Position numbers and translations under genes: made by a program. From Octopus sinensis (Eukaryota), in NCBI RefSeq assembly GCF_006345805.1, contig NW_021835751.1:1-48505 (forward strand): a stretch of 48,505 nt of DNA, read 5' to 3'. Under the pieces are notes generated by a model, which saw nothing but the letters and a program-made list of their open reading frames with translations, had not been told where the DNA came from and did no database searches. This document shows positions 12,967-25,400 of this stretch, in pieces. The first letter of the stretch is position 1. The number at the start of each line of letters is the position of its first letter.

Positions 12967-15017
12967 CAGGGGTGGCCAACCTTTTTCACCGGCGAGCTAC
13001 TTTTCATTTTGCGATTTTTTGGAGATCGACTTATATATTTTAATATCAAAAATTTTATTTTACAATTAAAAATTAATGCGATTTTTGGCATTGTAATTCA
13101 CTTGCGATTATTTCAAATTCTGGCTCGTATAAGCTTTTGCTATTCTCATGCAATCCCCAAGATGGTCATCCGTTAAACGTGTCCTGTGTTGAGATTTTAT
13201 CATTTTCATACTTGAAAATAATGTTTCGGATAAATATGTGCTTCCAAAGCATGAAAGAATTCGTTGATACGAATCAATCAAAATTGGATATTTTTCCTGA
13301 GACATAAATTTCCACATGTTGACATTTGAATGTAATTTTAAAGTGATGTCATTTTTTAGATTTATAATTTCTATTTGACTTTTTCTTCGATCAACGTCAA
13401 ACATCTTGCTAAATTCTTCTGAAATATTTTCGATGTCTACATCCATGGACGGAGAAACAAAGAAACTGCATAATATAGTAATTTTCTTGAAATCGCTAAA
13501 TCTGTTATTAAACTCGTTCATTATTTTTTCTAGTACCATAGCAAATTCATTGACATAATGATTTTTATTCACAAGTTGTTTTGTGAATTCATCTTCAATG
13601 TTAGGAAAATGGGTAAAATTTTCTTTTCTGATTTGAGATATCCATAATTCCAACTTCATTATGAAAGCATTTATTGAACTGATCATATCGATAATATATC
13701 TATTCTTTCCCTGTAATTCTAAATTGAGTTCATTCAGTTTGCTGGTAATATCGGTTAAAAATGCCAAGTTTATTAGCCAATCAGGATTTTCAAGAAAATG
13801 CCAATTCTTGTTGTTTTCTTTAGAAAATTCTTTAATGTATGATAATAATTCTCTGAAACGACTGAGAATTAATCCCTTGCTTAACCATCTTATGTCACAA
13901 TGTAAAGGTAGATCGCCATAGATTGCATCGACTTGTTCTAGAAAAAGTCGAAATAATCTTCTTTGTAGGGGCTTGGCTCGGATGGAATTAATAATTTTAA
14001 CTGTTGTCTCCATAACATAGTTGAAATTTAACATTTTCCCACATAATGCATGTTGGTGAATGATGCAATGATATGATAAAAATTTCGGAAAATGTTCATC
14101 TTTCCGACAAAATGCAATAAATCCATTTTGATTCCCAATCATTGCAGGGGCTCCATCTGTTGTTATGGATACAAGTTTCTTCATTAACGGTAATAATTCG
14201 AATGATAACAAAAACGTTTTGAAAGAATTATAAATATTTTCACCAGTTGTTCTTTCTTTCATAGGTATAATAGCAAATAACTCTTCCTTGACAGTTAGAT
14301 CATGGAAGATTAAACGGGAAAATACACATAGTTGGGCGATATCAATAGCATCGTTTGATTCGTCAAACTGTAGAGAAAAACACGAACATGCGTAAAGATC
14401 CTTTTTTAACTGCGAAAGAACATTTTCAGAAATGCTTTCAGCCCTTCTGACAATTGACTGTTTTGAGAGCTGAAGCTCTTTGATGCAATTTGAAATTTCC
14501 TGTTTATTTTTCATACCATCAAATAGTGAATCGGCAGCTTCCAAAAAACAAGATTTTAAAATTTCCCCATCAGTGAAAGGTTTTTTGTGTTTTACGAGGA
14601 GACGAGTCACTCGCAATGATGCAATTGTTGCAGATCTGGACGAATTAATAAACTTTTTCAAAATTGTATGTTGTGAAAAAAAAGATTTTTTTAATTGTTC
14701 AACTTTCTCTTCCCGTAATAAGGAATTTAAAGGAAAGTGTTTGTTGAACTCGGGATGTAAAGAATTAAAATGCCGACAAAGATTTCCCCTTTTTGGTAAT
14801 GAAATGATTTTATTGCATAGCATACATGTGCATTTTTCCATGTGCATTGTAAAAATATAGTCTTTTTCCAAATTGGCATTAAATTTATATGATTTGGACT
14901 TTTTGTTACACCTCATAACAAGACACGTGAAAAATACTTACTTTAATATTGATAAATATTTTTTTTATAATAATTTAAATACAAAAAAAATAATTAGCAA
15001 TTTATATATCGAGCGAT
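12967..15017 (-). mobile_element. hAT Buster/SPIN-type transposon lacking one terminus
   Basis: Single TIR CAGGGGTGGCCAACC at 12967, flanked by CTGTATTC (nnnTAnnn, the Buster signature). The other TIR and most of the TSD are deleted at about 15017. Confidence 0.88.
13108..14916 (-). CDS. Intact 602-aa hAT Buster-type (GTF2IRD2/EPM2AIP1-like) transposase
   Basis: Uninterrupted ORF with C..C..H..H finger, FSLQFDES, ITTDGAPAM, HCIIH, RWLS and STYLSETLFS. Confidence 0.92.
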   Translation of the reverse strand: MRCNKKSKSYKFNANLEKDYIFTMHMEKCTCMLCNKIISLPKRGNLCRHFNSLHPEFNKHFPLNSLLREEKVEQLKKSFFSQHTILKKFINSSRSATIASLRVTRLLVKHKKPFTDGEILKSCFLEAADSLFDGMKNKQEISNCIKELQLSKQSIVRRAESISENVLSQLKKDLYACSCFSLQFDESNDAIDIAQLCVFSRLIFHDLTVKEELFAIIPMKERTTGENIYNSFKTFLLSFELLPLMKKLVSITTDGAPAMIGNQNGFIAFCRKDEHFPKFLSYHCIIHQHALCGKMLNFNYVMETTVKIINSIRAKPLQRRLFRLFLEQVDAIYGDLPLHCDIRWLSKGLILSRFRELLSYIKEFSKENNKNWHFLENPDWLINLAFLTDITSKLNELNLELQGKNRYIIDMISSINAFIMKLELWISQIRKENFTHFPNIEDEFTKQLVNKNHYVNEFAMVLEKIMNEFNNRFSDFKKITILCSFFVSPSMDVDIENISEEFSKMFDVDRRKSQIEIINLKNDITLKLHSNVNMWKFMSQEKYPILIDSYQRILSCFGSTYLSETLFSSMKMIKSQHRTRLTDDHLGDCMRIAKAYTSQNLK

Positions 15018-15389
15018 TTCTATCCGTTGCTTTTATTATGCTCACATCCCTTGATGCGACGATAATATCATCTGCATATAGTAATAACAGATCGTTGTCC
15101 CCCTCTGGCTGTGGTATGTCGTTCATCATGAGATTGAATAAAAGTGGAGATAGTGGAGAACCCTGAGGGACCCCATTTGGTAATAGTCTCGATATGGAAG
15201 ATCTGTTTCCACAGCAAGCCCTTCCCCGACGGCCGCTCAGGAAATTCCCAAGCCATAGTTTTAGATTCGTATCAATATTTGAGGAATAGATCTTTTGTGT
15301 GAATATTTTCCTTGGCACCGAATCGAAAGCCTTCTTTATGTCGATCGCGCAGACAATGGATTTTTCCTGTTTAAGTTTCTTGTTTAGAC

Positions 15390-15936
15390 CAGGGGTTCTC
15401 AACCTTTTTAGCTCAAGGGCCAAATCGATAATTAAGATTAGCTTCGCGGGCCGCACAAAAAATATTTTATATATTTTTATATTTTCCATTTTACTAAATA
15501 TTGATTCGCATAAATATGTAGATTCATATATGCATTGTGTGTTATATTTTTGAATTTGTCTTGAGGAATTAATTCGTAAAAATTAATAATGGACGCATTT
15601 TGAACAATGCCGCCAGTTTTATATCATGTTGTAAATTAATGAGTTCTAGTTGAAACTTTGCAGGCGCATCCTTAATTTCCACGCTGAATGGAGTTGAGAA
15701 TATTTTCATTAAAGGAAGGAATTCTTTAAAATTCTAAAAATTAAATTTATATAAATGTACCCCAAAACGTGCTTCAAATTAATGAAATCACCAATTATGG
15801 ATATGTTTAACCTTAAGAATGAATAATTAAATTTAAACATTATTAAAAAATTAAAAAAGTTAGTTACTCTAGAGGGGCCGCAAAAAAAATCCTGGGGGCC
15901 ACATGCGGCCCCGGGGGCCGCATTTGAGAACCGCTG
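15390..15936. mobile_element. Non-autonomous hAT (Buster/Charlie-like) MITE
   Basis: TIRs CAGGGGTTCTCAA / TTGAGAACCGCTG and 8-bp TSD GTTTAGAC (15382-15389 / 15937-15944). Confidence 0.93.
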
Positions 15937-16112
15937 GTTTAGACCGTCTGATATAAACTTCATTAAAGCATTTAGGTGTGTGACAGTTGATCGCCCCTCT
16001 TTGAATCCATGTTGGAAACTGACTTCTGGGAGGAGGGGGCGAATCAAAGTCATCAAAAATGTTTAAAAGTTTATTTATCTTTTATACTGTTGGTTTGACA
16101 TTTAATTATATT

Positions 16113-16914
16113 GGTACTTTTGTCGAAGTGTTTTTTAATATTATGGCGAGCATGTACCTAATATTGATATAAACTGGCACTATAGGTCACATGGAAAATT
16201 CTGTTGTGGACTTATGCAACATCAAATTCTGGAAGAGTTTTACCAAAACAGTGGGTCTTCGGTGGTATTTGTCGAGCCACCAAACAGTGTTTTCTGCAAC
16301 CAGTCGCGGATAGGAGCAGAGAAACACTGCTCAGTCTAGTAATTCGATATGTCGAGGTGGGAAGCATTATTTATAGTGACTGCTGGAAAGGTTAGCATTA
16401 TTTGATTAACATTTAGGGTATTCAACTGATCAATTGGTTGAAAACGGCTACACACACGAAACCGTTAACCATAAGTAAGGAAATATAATATATTCAGAAA
16501 ATTCTTTGTGGATCCAACGACGGGAGTGCACACCCAGACAGTAGAACGAATGTGGGGAAGTGCAAAATGCAAGAATAAAGCTCAAAGAGGAGCTGTAAGA
16601 CATCATCTGGGATCTTATTTCGCAGGTTTTTTTAGTTAGTTATTTTTTCAGAATTTATGTGGCGAAAACAAATACAGAACTATAAGGAATCTTTTGCACA
16701 GATTGTAAAAGACATAAATTCCTTCTACAGTCCTGGAATTTGGATGCCGCGTACTAAAAATGACTAAATTGGTTAAATAAATTTTTAAATAATTTTAATA
16801 ACCATTTAAATTATTGATAGAGGGTTATAAATTAAATAATCTATTTTTCACTAAAAAAATTAATTAATTTTAATTATCTTCTAAAAAAACTGCGACCACT
16901 TCGACAAAAGTACC
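16113..16914 (+). mobile_element. Merlin (IS1595/ISXO2-like) transposon, internally deleted, with an intron-containing transposase
   Basis: 18-bp TIR GGTACTTTTGTCGAAGTG and 8-bp TSD ATTATATT. Spliced product reads QWVFGG..IYSDCWKGY..GYTHETVNH..FVDP.TGVHTQTVERMW..EFMWR. Confidence 0.92.
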
Positions 16915-17289
16915 ATTATATTTTTATTAAATATTATAGTTAATACAATAAAATTGAAAAATTTATCGCGAGAATAATTTTCCATTATTCCTTGTTCGGT
17001 GTTTTTGACAAAGTCCAAGAATATGTCTAAATAACCAACATCTCGATAAGGTCACTTTCATGCTGATTAATCTAGAATTACATAGCGTATATAGTTTTCC
17101 TTGAAATTTGGGGGTTCAAACTTTGGGATGACTCTTCGGCTGCTTACCACCCGGCTTACAATCTTCGTAAATCCGCCAACTAAAGGACAATATGTGCTAC
17201 CTGTGCTGATCTGAAAAGAATTCTGTTGAAAATCCTTTTGGGAAACAGAGAAAAAAATCGGCATTAATACACGATTTTATCTCTATGAG

Positions 17290-18934
17290 AGCCATCTGCA
17301 GAGCAATCCTGCCTACATTGATAACACAATTACAACCAGCCCAAAATGGGTCGGCACACCGAGAGGTTGTGAACATTCACCGAAAAGAACGAGAACAATC
17401 CTTTCGTAATCGTCAAAATTGACATTAAAAATGCCTTCAGCTTGATACAATTCTGGAGGACTGCTTCACATACTCATAGCTCATATGAGAAACCATCCAG
17501 CCTGGTGCACGGCTAATATCACATCTCATCGTGTTCTGGAGTCCAACAAGGAGACCCACCGGGGCCTGCCTTGTTCAGCCTGGGAATTGTCCGTGTCACA
17601 AGATATTGTTCCACTCCTTTGAGGGTATTTTGATGATTGCACCATGGACGGCCATCCGAAGGATGTACTAGATTGCCTAAAAAGTCAGATAGCCCAATTG
17701 GAATCCCTATGCCTAACCATAAACACCAATAAGTGTGAAATTGTCAATTTTGGATTTCCGCAGCCTGAATGGAACCTGATTCTTGATACATTCAGAGAGA
17801 TCATCCCTAAAGCCACAGAAACCAAATCAGAATAACTAGAAATACTTGGATGCCCTCTCACTGATGCTGGAATCAGTAACACTCTAATAACAAATGAACA
17901 TCAACTAAAAACGACATTTAGACGTCTGGAGATGCTAGACGCACATAACTCCCTATTCCTGCTAAGAAACGCCTTGTCAGCACAGAAACTGAATTACGTT
18001 CTTCGGGGCGCACCCTGCTACCTGGAAATGCAACCTGGAAAATCGACGACCAAAGGTGGGACCAAGTCAGCCTACCTGTTAACCTGGGCGGACTGGGAAT
18101 CCCTTCACCGAAAGATCTAGCTTGCCCCGCATATCTATCCTCTTTAGATTCCAGCCGACTGCTGATCAGGATAATTCTCCAAATCCAAACCGAATCATCT
18201 GAAATCACAGACATGGAGCAGAAAGACCGTTACAGGACCATCTGCGAGGATAAATATGAGAGGCTTCAAAACCAATCAAACCAACACAGACGTGCCTGTC
18301 TAGTGACTGAAAGATGCGAATCGAGTGGAGCTTGGATCAACACACTCCCCGTTGATAGACGCATCAGCACCAGACTTGGACTGGAGATTTGCCGGACTCA
18401 CAAATGCCGGTGTGGGGCCACCGTCGATTGTTATGGACACCATGCTCTCTTTTGTCGAAGAAGTGCAGGACGATTCCCAAGACACAAGGCGATCAACGAA
18501 ATTGTTAAGCGAGCCCTGGAGTGTGCAGGATACCCCGCCGTACTTGAACCGGTTGGTCTTGACAGAGGAGATGGAAAACGTCCTGATGGGATCACAATTT
18601 TCCCATTTGAAGAGGGGAAGCCTCTAGTTTGGGATTGCCGGGAGCGCAGTGAACAGACTGCACGCCGCGGAAAAAACGATGAGGGCGAAGGAGAGAAAAT
18701 ATGAAGCGCTGCGAGATCGATTCGTGTTCTGTCCGATTGTGGTCGAGACAACTGGAGGGATAAGTAGGAAATCGCTTCGCTTCCTAAAGAAGCTTGGACG
18801 CTTAGCCACATTAAAAAGCCACGACACACGTGAGACCCGGTGGCTTCTCCAATTGATCTCCGTTGCTATCGTAAGAGGCAACGCAACGTCAATTATGTTG
18901 ACGGGGTCCACTTCTGATGGATGGCTTTGTTAAC
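17290..18934 (+). mobile_element. CRE-like non-LTR retrotransposon, decayed (RT + RLE)
   Basis: KIDIKNAFS, GVQQGDP.GP.LF, LGCP and LLRNALS..KLNY.LR, followed by a 3' part identical to 1-783. 5' limit approximate. Confidence 0.85.
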
Positions 18935-19011
18935 TTTTAGTAAATTACTAATTATTTTTTTAAACTAACTTAAATAATGAAATATTTTTTTTATTTTTCG
19001 TGTCACTTCTA

Positions 19012-20828
19012 TACCATCTTCAGTTTAATTTTGATAATTTTTATATCAATTTTGACACTCTGCATTAACTTTGACAATGCAATAAGTATTATTGACAATG
19101 CGATATTCATTTTTGACATTTTTAGATTAATTTTGACAAAATTGGCCGTTTGTACACCCTTCATACATTAGCGCATTTTGTAATAATAGTGCACGAAATT
19201 CCGTCAGGGTTTCATTTCCTACTACATGAACATCGTTATGAGGATTGTTGTGATTGAATAAATATGTCTTTACCAGCCTTAAGAATCAAAAAACAGCCTT
19301 TTTTAATCGTGATTAAAAAATGCTGGACATTTGAGGTGCGGTTATGCGACAACTCGCCTACTTAAAATAAAAAGTAATTCGTTTTTTATATCAATAAGTA
19401 TAGACAAATATTCACTAAAGATAATGCTTACGCTTGGGCCAGGACATCTGTCAGCCCCACCCATGCCGGTGCGGGTCCACGATCTTTCCGAACGGTTTGC
19501 ACGCCCTCTCGTGCAAGAAGAGTGCTGGCAGAATTCCTCGCCACACTCACCTCAATGACGTCGTGAAAAGAGCTCTAGAGTCGGCAGGTTTCCCCTCCAC
19601 TCTAGAGCCAGTCGGTCTCTGCCGGAGTGATGGAAAGCGTCCTGACGGGATGACTACCTTCCTTTTCAAGGAAGGCAAGTCCCTGATTTGGGACGCAACT
19701 TGTGTTGACTCGTTCTCCGCGTCGGTGTTACTCAAGTCCATCACTAACCCGGGTTCCGCCAGTGCTCAGGCTGAGGAGGCTAAGAGGTCGAAGTATGGAA
19801 ATATTTCGGACTCTTACGAGTTTGTCCCCCTCGCCTTCGAAACATCTGGAATTGTCGGCAGGTCTGCGACTCGCCTTCTTGCCGACATTGCCAGGAGAAT
19901 CGCCAAGAAGACCAACGACCGGAGGGAGACGAGCTGGCTCTTCCAGCGAATCTCGGTCGCAGTGCTTCGCGGAAACAGCCACTCGATACGCAGTGCGGCG
20001 ACTTTGAGCTGACCTCCAGGCTCTTTATTAATTCGTGTATAACTTATTCCCCATTTTACCTGTTTTTACACTTTGTGTAAAAAAAAAATTTACACATATC
20101 AAGAAAACAAGAGAGGTCGAAAAAAGGGCAGCGATGTAATACACGTGCAGCTTCATCTAAAGAGCTAACATTCATGTTATCGGTTGCATCGGTACAAAAG
20201 GGGTAATACACTTTGAAACACGAAGAGGATCCTTTAATAAACAAACTGCGTATGATTGGATTAAAGCATGCTTTAAAAAAGCATATGAAGTTTATCTAAG
20301 TCCAGTAGTTTTAATAATTGACAATGCTCCATGTCTACAGACATTGAAAAAATACTTAAAGAAAATAAATTCACAAAAAACAAAATACTTCTACTGGAAC
20401 CTTACAGTCCAATGTTAAATCCAATCGAACAAATATGGTCTAAAATGAAAACTTTTGTAAAAAATGGCTGAAAATCTTGGGAATATCTTAGATGGAAATG
20501 AACTTGACTTGTCAAAAAAAGAATTTCGGAAACAGAGATTGGAGGATTTAATTAAACAATCTATGGAAGAAGTTACTCCAAAGATTTGTGCTAAGTTAAT
20601 AGCCAGAATCCAAGGACTATTGCCTTCTTTATTAAATTACAAAGACGTAACATTTTAATTTTTTCGTTTGATATAAATGAGTCATGATTTTTTTTCAAAT
20701 ATTTTAAAATTAACTTGGAAATCCAATATTGAATTTGGAAAACCCCACTTTGAACTTGGAAATCCCATATTGAATTTGGAAAATCACACTTTGAACTTGG
20801 AAATTCCCATATTGAACTTGGAAAGGTA
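19012..20828 (+). mobile_element. IS630/Tc1-like transposon (duplicate of 861-2674) containing the CRE-like insert at 19435-20088
   Basis: Same termini and motifs as 861-2674. ORF 19434-20012 is identical to 1283-1861. Confidence 0.7.
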
Positions 20829-20910
20829 TGGATGAACACAAATTTGAGCTCAACACAAGGATGAACACAAGTGATATTTATGAATATACCAACGTGTTAA
20901 ATTGATAAAA

Positions 20911-21976
20911 ATGTTTCGAATGGTAGCTTTGAATTTTCTAATTTCGTCTTAGAATGAGATAAGTAGGACAACTGTGGTGGCCCTATCCTATTTTGGAGGG
21001 GTTGTTCTTGCTGCAGATAGCAGAACAACCCAAATCCGAATACTCCGAACGAAACCTGTAATAAATTGTTGAACTAACAAATTAGATAACAACAGTAAAA
21101 AGAAAATATTTCGAATTACGATCAACTCGATTGTAGGGTTCTCGGGGAACATGTATGTTTGTGAAATATTGTTGGATGCATAATAATAATAATAGAGGCA
21201 CGTCCGCAAGATCGCAACTTAATGTGAATCTCGCACTGGCCAGCCACATAAGATCAAGATAGAAAGAGAGAACATGTTATTAGGAACTAACTAATCCAAC
21301 GAACGAATCCAAACGAGCTGTCCCCCGCATCTATTTTTCTTCGTGCTGTGGCTGATGTAGACATCCGGTTTTCCGCAGTGAAATCACTGATGACGGCGTC
21401 ACTCGTCAATCCTGGGTGCATGTAATGCATGGAACCTTCAGCCGGAATGATAGCAGTGAGATTCGAACCAGAGCTTCGCTAAACTGCCAAATTCTTCAGC
21501 ACTGCACCATTGTTGGATGCATGTCGTTCTAAATATTTTTCTGATTAATTTGTTATTTAGATTCGCCCATCATGTCGAACCATGGAATTTAGCAATGTTC
21601 ATTAAAGGAATTTTTGCAAACTTCCAATTCTATTGTCGGTATATTTTTTTTTATATTTTTAGGGCGTGGTTCTTGTATGCATTTATAACGGTAGAATCTA
21701 CACACTTAGGATTGATTCCTTTACATTTGTAGACAAATTAAATTTCCCGGAGAGGATATTCAGACAGTATTTTTGTATAATTATTGGCAGTTACCCCAGA
21801 GGATTTATAACGCAAAGTGAGGCGATTAAAGTAGCCCACGATGCAATAAATTATGCTGCGCAAAAGGACCGATTCATGGGAGGATTTTCCCAAAGTATAT
21901 TTTAATAAATAATATCTTAGTTTACACAATATCTTCATCTGGGATTAGTTTAGTGGGGGTAACCCGACTAAACTAA
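20911..21976 (+). pseudogene. Proteasome beta-like paralog A' (duplicate), disrupted
   Basis: Same exons as 2757-3519, plus a SINE in exon 3 and an in-frame 33-nt deletion removing TTMGSGQIFAL (the GSG motif). Confidence 0.8.
21182..21508 (-). mobile_element. tRNA-derived SINE, family 1
   Basis: Absent from copy 1. 14-bp TSD ATTGTTGGATGCAT (21168-21181 / 21509-21522). Minus strand shows an A-box-like GGTGCAGTG, a B-box GGTTCGAATC (about 21460-21469) and an (ATT)n tail. Confidence 0.85.
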
Positions 21977-22499
21977 TTGAAAACAAAAGATTTTTCAAAC
22001 AATTCTGCGGGATTTTCGGGAGATGTGAAGCTAATACACGAATTAATGGTTAACCATTTGTGTAATGATTTTAATTTTAATAAATATTAATTTTATTTAT
22101 ATTTTCGAGAAGCTTCTCCTTTTTTTTAACACTCCTACCAATGTCAGTGAGAAATTGAATCACGGCCTAGCCGACGATTCCTGAGGTCTCTATAAACTTG
22201 GAACTCTCTCTGGATTGTCAATTTTGTAAAGAACCATGCCTTTACCGACGACCTGAGTATCAGATAAGTTTGACACCTTTTTAGTGAAGACAAAAGGAAT
22301 GTGAATATTCTTCATGTCGATCAAGTTATCGTTTACTGAAATTTGCTATGAGACACCTGATTTGGCATTAGAAATTGACTTGATGTTCCCTTGCTAAATT
22401 CATTTGGGTCTTTCGTTTTTTCTGCGTTGAATCATTTATTGGATTGAGAAAAACTAAAAATCAATGTTTTAAAAAGAGAGAAGAAATATTTTTTTCAAC

Positions 22500-25400
22500 T
22501 GTGTGGTTATGGAGGTTTGTTTTCAACTTGTTATTAGTTTAAGTGTGGAGTCTGTTATGCAACGTGCTACTATCTCGATGTGTGCTCTACCTGGACAACA
22601 ACAAACTAACAATATTATTAATAATAATATACCTAGAGCAGGATGGACAACCGCATCGGAGAGACAGACGTCCGATGGCAAGAACATCGTCTTTGCCATT
22701 GCAGAAGGGATCGAGTGCACGACCCGGGAGGACTGGGTTAAATCCGCCCTTTCCCAGGTGTTGGGAAGAGCTTCCAGGATGCCCAGAAATGGGTGGCCTA
22801 CCCTGCTTCAGTGTTTCAATCGACGCTTTAGCTCGAACCTATCGTTAGATGCACTGAAGAAGCTGGCCAAGACCCCTCCTCCTGGCTCGCGGGGGAGGAC
22901 TGCCGCTGCGGTTACGCCGTCAGGATGCCCCCGTGTTCTGAACAACACGAGCACCAGAGTAGTGAGTTATCGCTACTCTTGCAGGTTAAGGAGATATTTA
23001 GTAGGCATATCTCTGCGAATCGTGTTGTCCCCCTTGCGGACCGCAGAGTGACCCGAAAGATACCTCGGTGGCAACTCAGAAGTGACGTGATGGGTTGCAT
23101 CAATCGTGCCATAGCTTACGCGATCGTGCGTGAGCCTCCGGAGACAATGGACGAGAGATCTCTTTATTTGTACTCGGCACAGACAACCTATGATGAAATC
23201 ACTCAGAGGCCTGCCCCAAAGAGTAGATGGAGAGAAAACATTGCCGCAAAAGTAGCCGCAAGGAAAGCCGAGCTGGAAGCGCTGACTGGGCACATTTTGA
23301 ATGTGAGCAATGGGGTCAAGGGCAAGACTCCCCCCTTGGTGCGTACTTTACTTCGTCGGGAACGAGCTGCCAAATGGGACCTCAACGAGTTGAGGCGTGT
23401 CCGGGCAGAGAGGGAGGAGCTGATTCTCGTTTATCAGAAGAAGCTCTCAACTCATGAGTCTCGATGTCAGCGCAGGCGGGAGAACAACTGTTTGAATTTA
23501 ATCGCAGGTCGTTCTATCGTCGGTTGCACGGAGAGACGAAGGAGGGTACCCAGCAAAAGGCCGAAATGCTTGACACATGGGGGAGTATGTGGAAAGCACG
23601 TCCTCGCAAGGGTGTGTCGTTTCCGTTTTGTGGACCCGATGCTCCCTTGATGACCGAGTCTTGTGGTGTCCCTGACATCCGCAAGAAGTTCGATGAAGCA
23701 GTAACCCGTCTCTCTGACTGGAAGACACCTGGGGTCGATAAAGTGTATAATTTCTTTATTAAAAATTGCAAACCTATCCATGATTGCATGTGTCGAGCAA
23801 TCGAACAGTTTACACTAGACCCTGGCTCGATTCCAGAGTGGTTATGTACTGGGGTCACTTATTTGATCCCTAAAGTAGATAACCCTTCCGCTCCGACAGA
23901 TTATCGTCCGATAACCTGTATGCCCAACCTGTACAAGTTGATGACTAAGGTGGTGGCTACTGAGGTCAGAAATTTCGTGGAGGTGAATGGGATTCTGTCC
24001 GAGAACCAGTTAGGTACTCGGCGGGATTGCCAGGGAGCTAAGGAGCAGGCACTGATCAAAAATGCCTCGCGAGAGCCCACGGAAACTCACTAGTGTCAAT
24101 GTGGGTGGATGTGAAGAAGGCATATGACTCGGTTGATCATGCCTACCTCGTTGAGTGTCTGCGAAGGCTTAAGTTGCCAATGTGGTTTATCAAATTTGTT
24201 GCAACTGTGATGGACAGGTGGAACGTCCATCTAAATTACAACAAATGCGATATAGGCGAGGTGAAACTAGAGAGGGGCATATTACGGGCGACAGCATGTC
24301 TCCGCTGCTGTTCGTCCTCTGCCTAGAACCGCTGAGTAGAGTCCTCACTGCCCAATTCGAACAAATGTCGATCGAACATGAAGGAGGGTGTTTTAGCACC
24401 AACCATCTCATGTTCATAGACGACATTAAGCTGTTCGCTCGGTCTTCAGAGATCCTTCACTCAATGGGTAAAGTCCTGAAAGGTTTCATGAAGGCCGTGG
24501 GGTTGGAGCTCAACTACAACAAGTCGGCGACTAACACCCCTGTGTGTGGTGACCTAGTCAAAGTCTTGGAGGAACACCAAGGATATAAGTATCTTGGTGT
24601 GGTTGAGAGTCCAGCCTCATTAATCACACCCGAAACGAGAAAGTGTGTAGTGGAGGGTGTGCGTAGTAGAGCGGCAATGTTATGTAAGACTCGGCTTAAT
24701 GCACGGAACTTATTTCATGCCTTGAACGAGTATGCCATCTCATTGCTAAACTACTACGTTGGCCTGATCGAATTCGAGCCGAGTGAGTACGATGAAATGG
24801 ACCTTATTGTCCGAAGAGTACTCCGAGAGAATCATGTCCACGTGTTGGCAAGCAATAAGGAGAGATTGTACTTGTCTCGCGGGCAGCTAGGACGTGGACT
24901 GAGTAACATCGTACACTTAAGTGAGCGAATTCTTACTAAGATGCACGACACCTTGTGGAGTGGGTCGAGTGTATCCCAAAGGAAGGCTGCCATCCTTGCT
25001 GCTGAAAAAGCGCGTGGTACACACCTAGGGACCATAAAAGGCTATGTGTCGGCTAAGTATGGTCTAGGTGCTACCAAGTTAATGTGAAGGAGTTGATCAA
25101 ACTTCAAAGGAGTCTTTAATTAAAAAGATCAACTTAAAAGTCCTTCACAAGACTCTCTTTAGCAGCCTGGACAACCCGCACATTGACGTATCGTCGTCAT
25201 CTACGTGGCTGAAATATGGGAATAACTCTCCCCGATCAGAAGGGTTGTTCTCATATTTGCAGGATAGAAACTTTTTTAATGGGTCAACGGAAACAGTGTA
25301 ACCACTGTAAGAGTAAGGCAATGACCGTTGACCATTTAGCCACGAAGTGCGGGAGTGCTTTACCATGATTACACATGGAGGCATAACGAGGTGGTGAGGT

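Larger units (their letters stand above)
10100..16055 (-). mobile_element. 5'-truncated I/Jockey-type LINE (RT and C-terminus) split into four pieces by three hAT insertions
   Basis: Pieces 15945-16055 (QHGFKEGRST), 15018-15381 (IDIKKAFD..GVPQGSPLSPLLF..YADD), 12639-12966 (KILGVTFD..) and 10100-10407 (EPTIGYACGIWG) rejoin in frame. AATAAA lies at the 3' end (10113-10118). Confidence 0.88.
18152..22438 (+). repeat. Segmental duplication, copy 2
   Basis: Collinear with 1-4519. Differs by a SINE insertion, a 33-bp deletion (about 21748), absence of about 3590-4141, and point changes. Confidence 0.95.
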
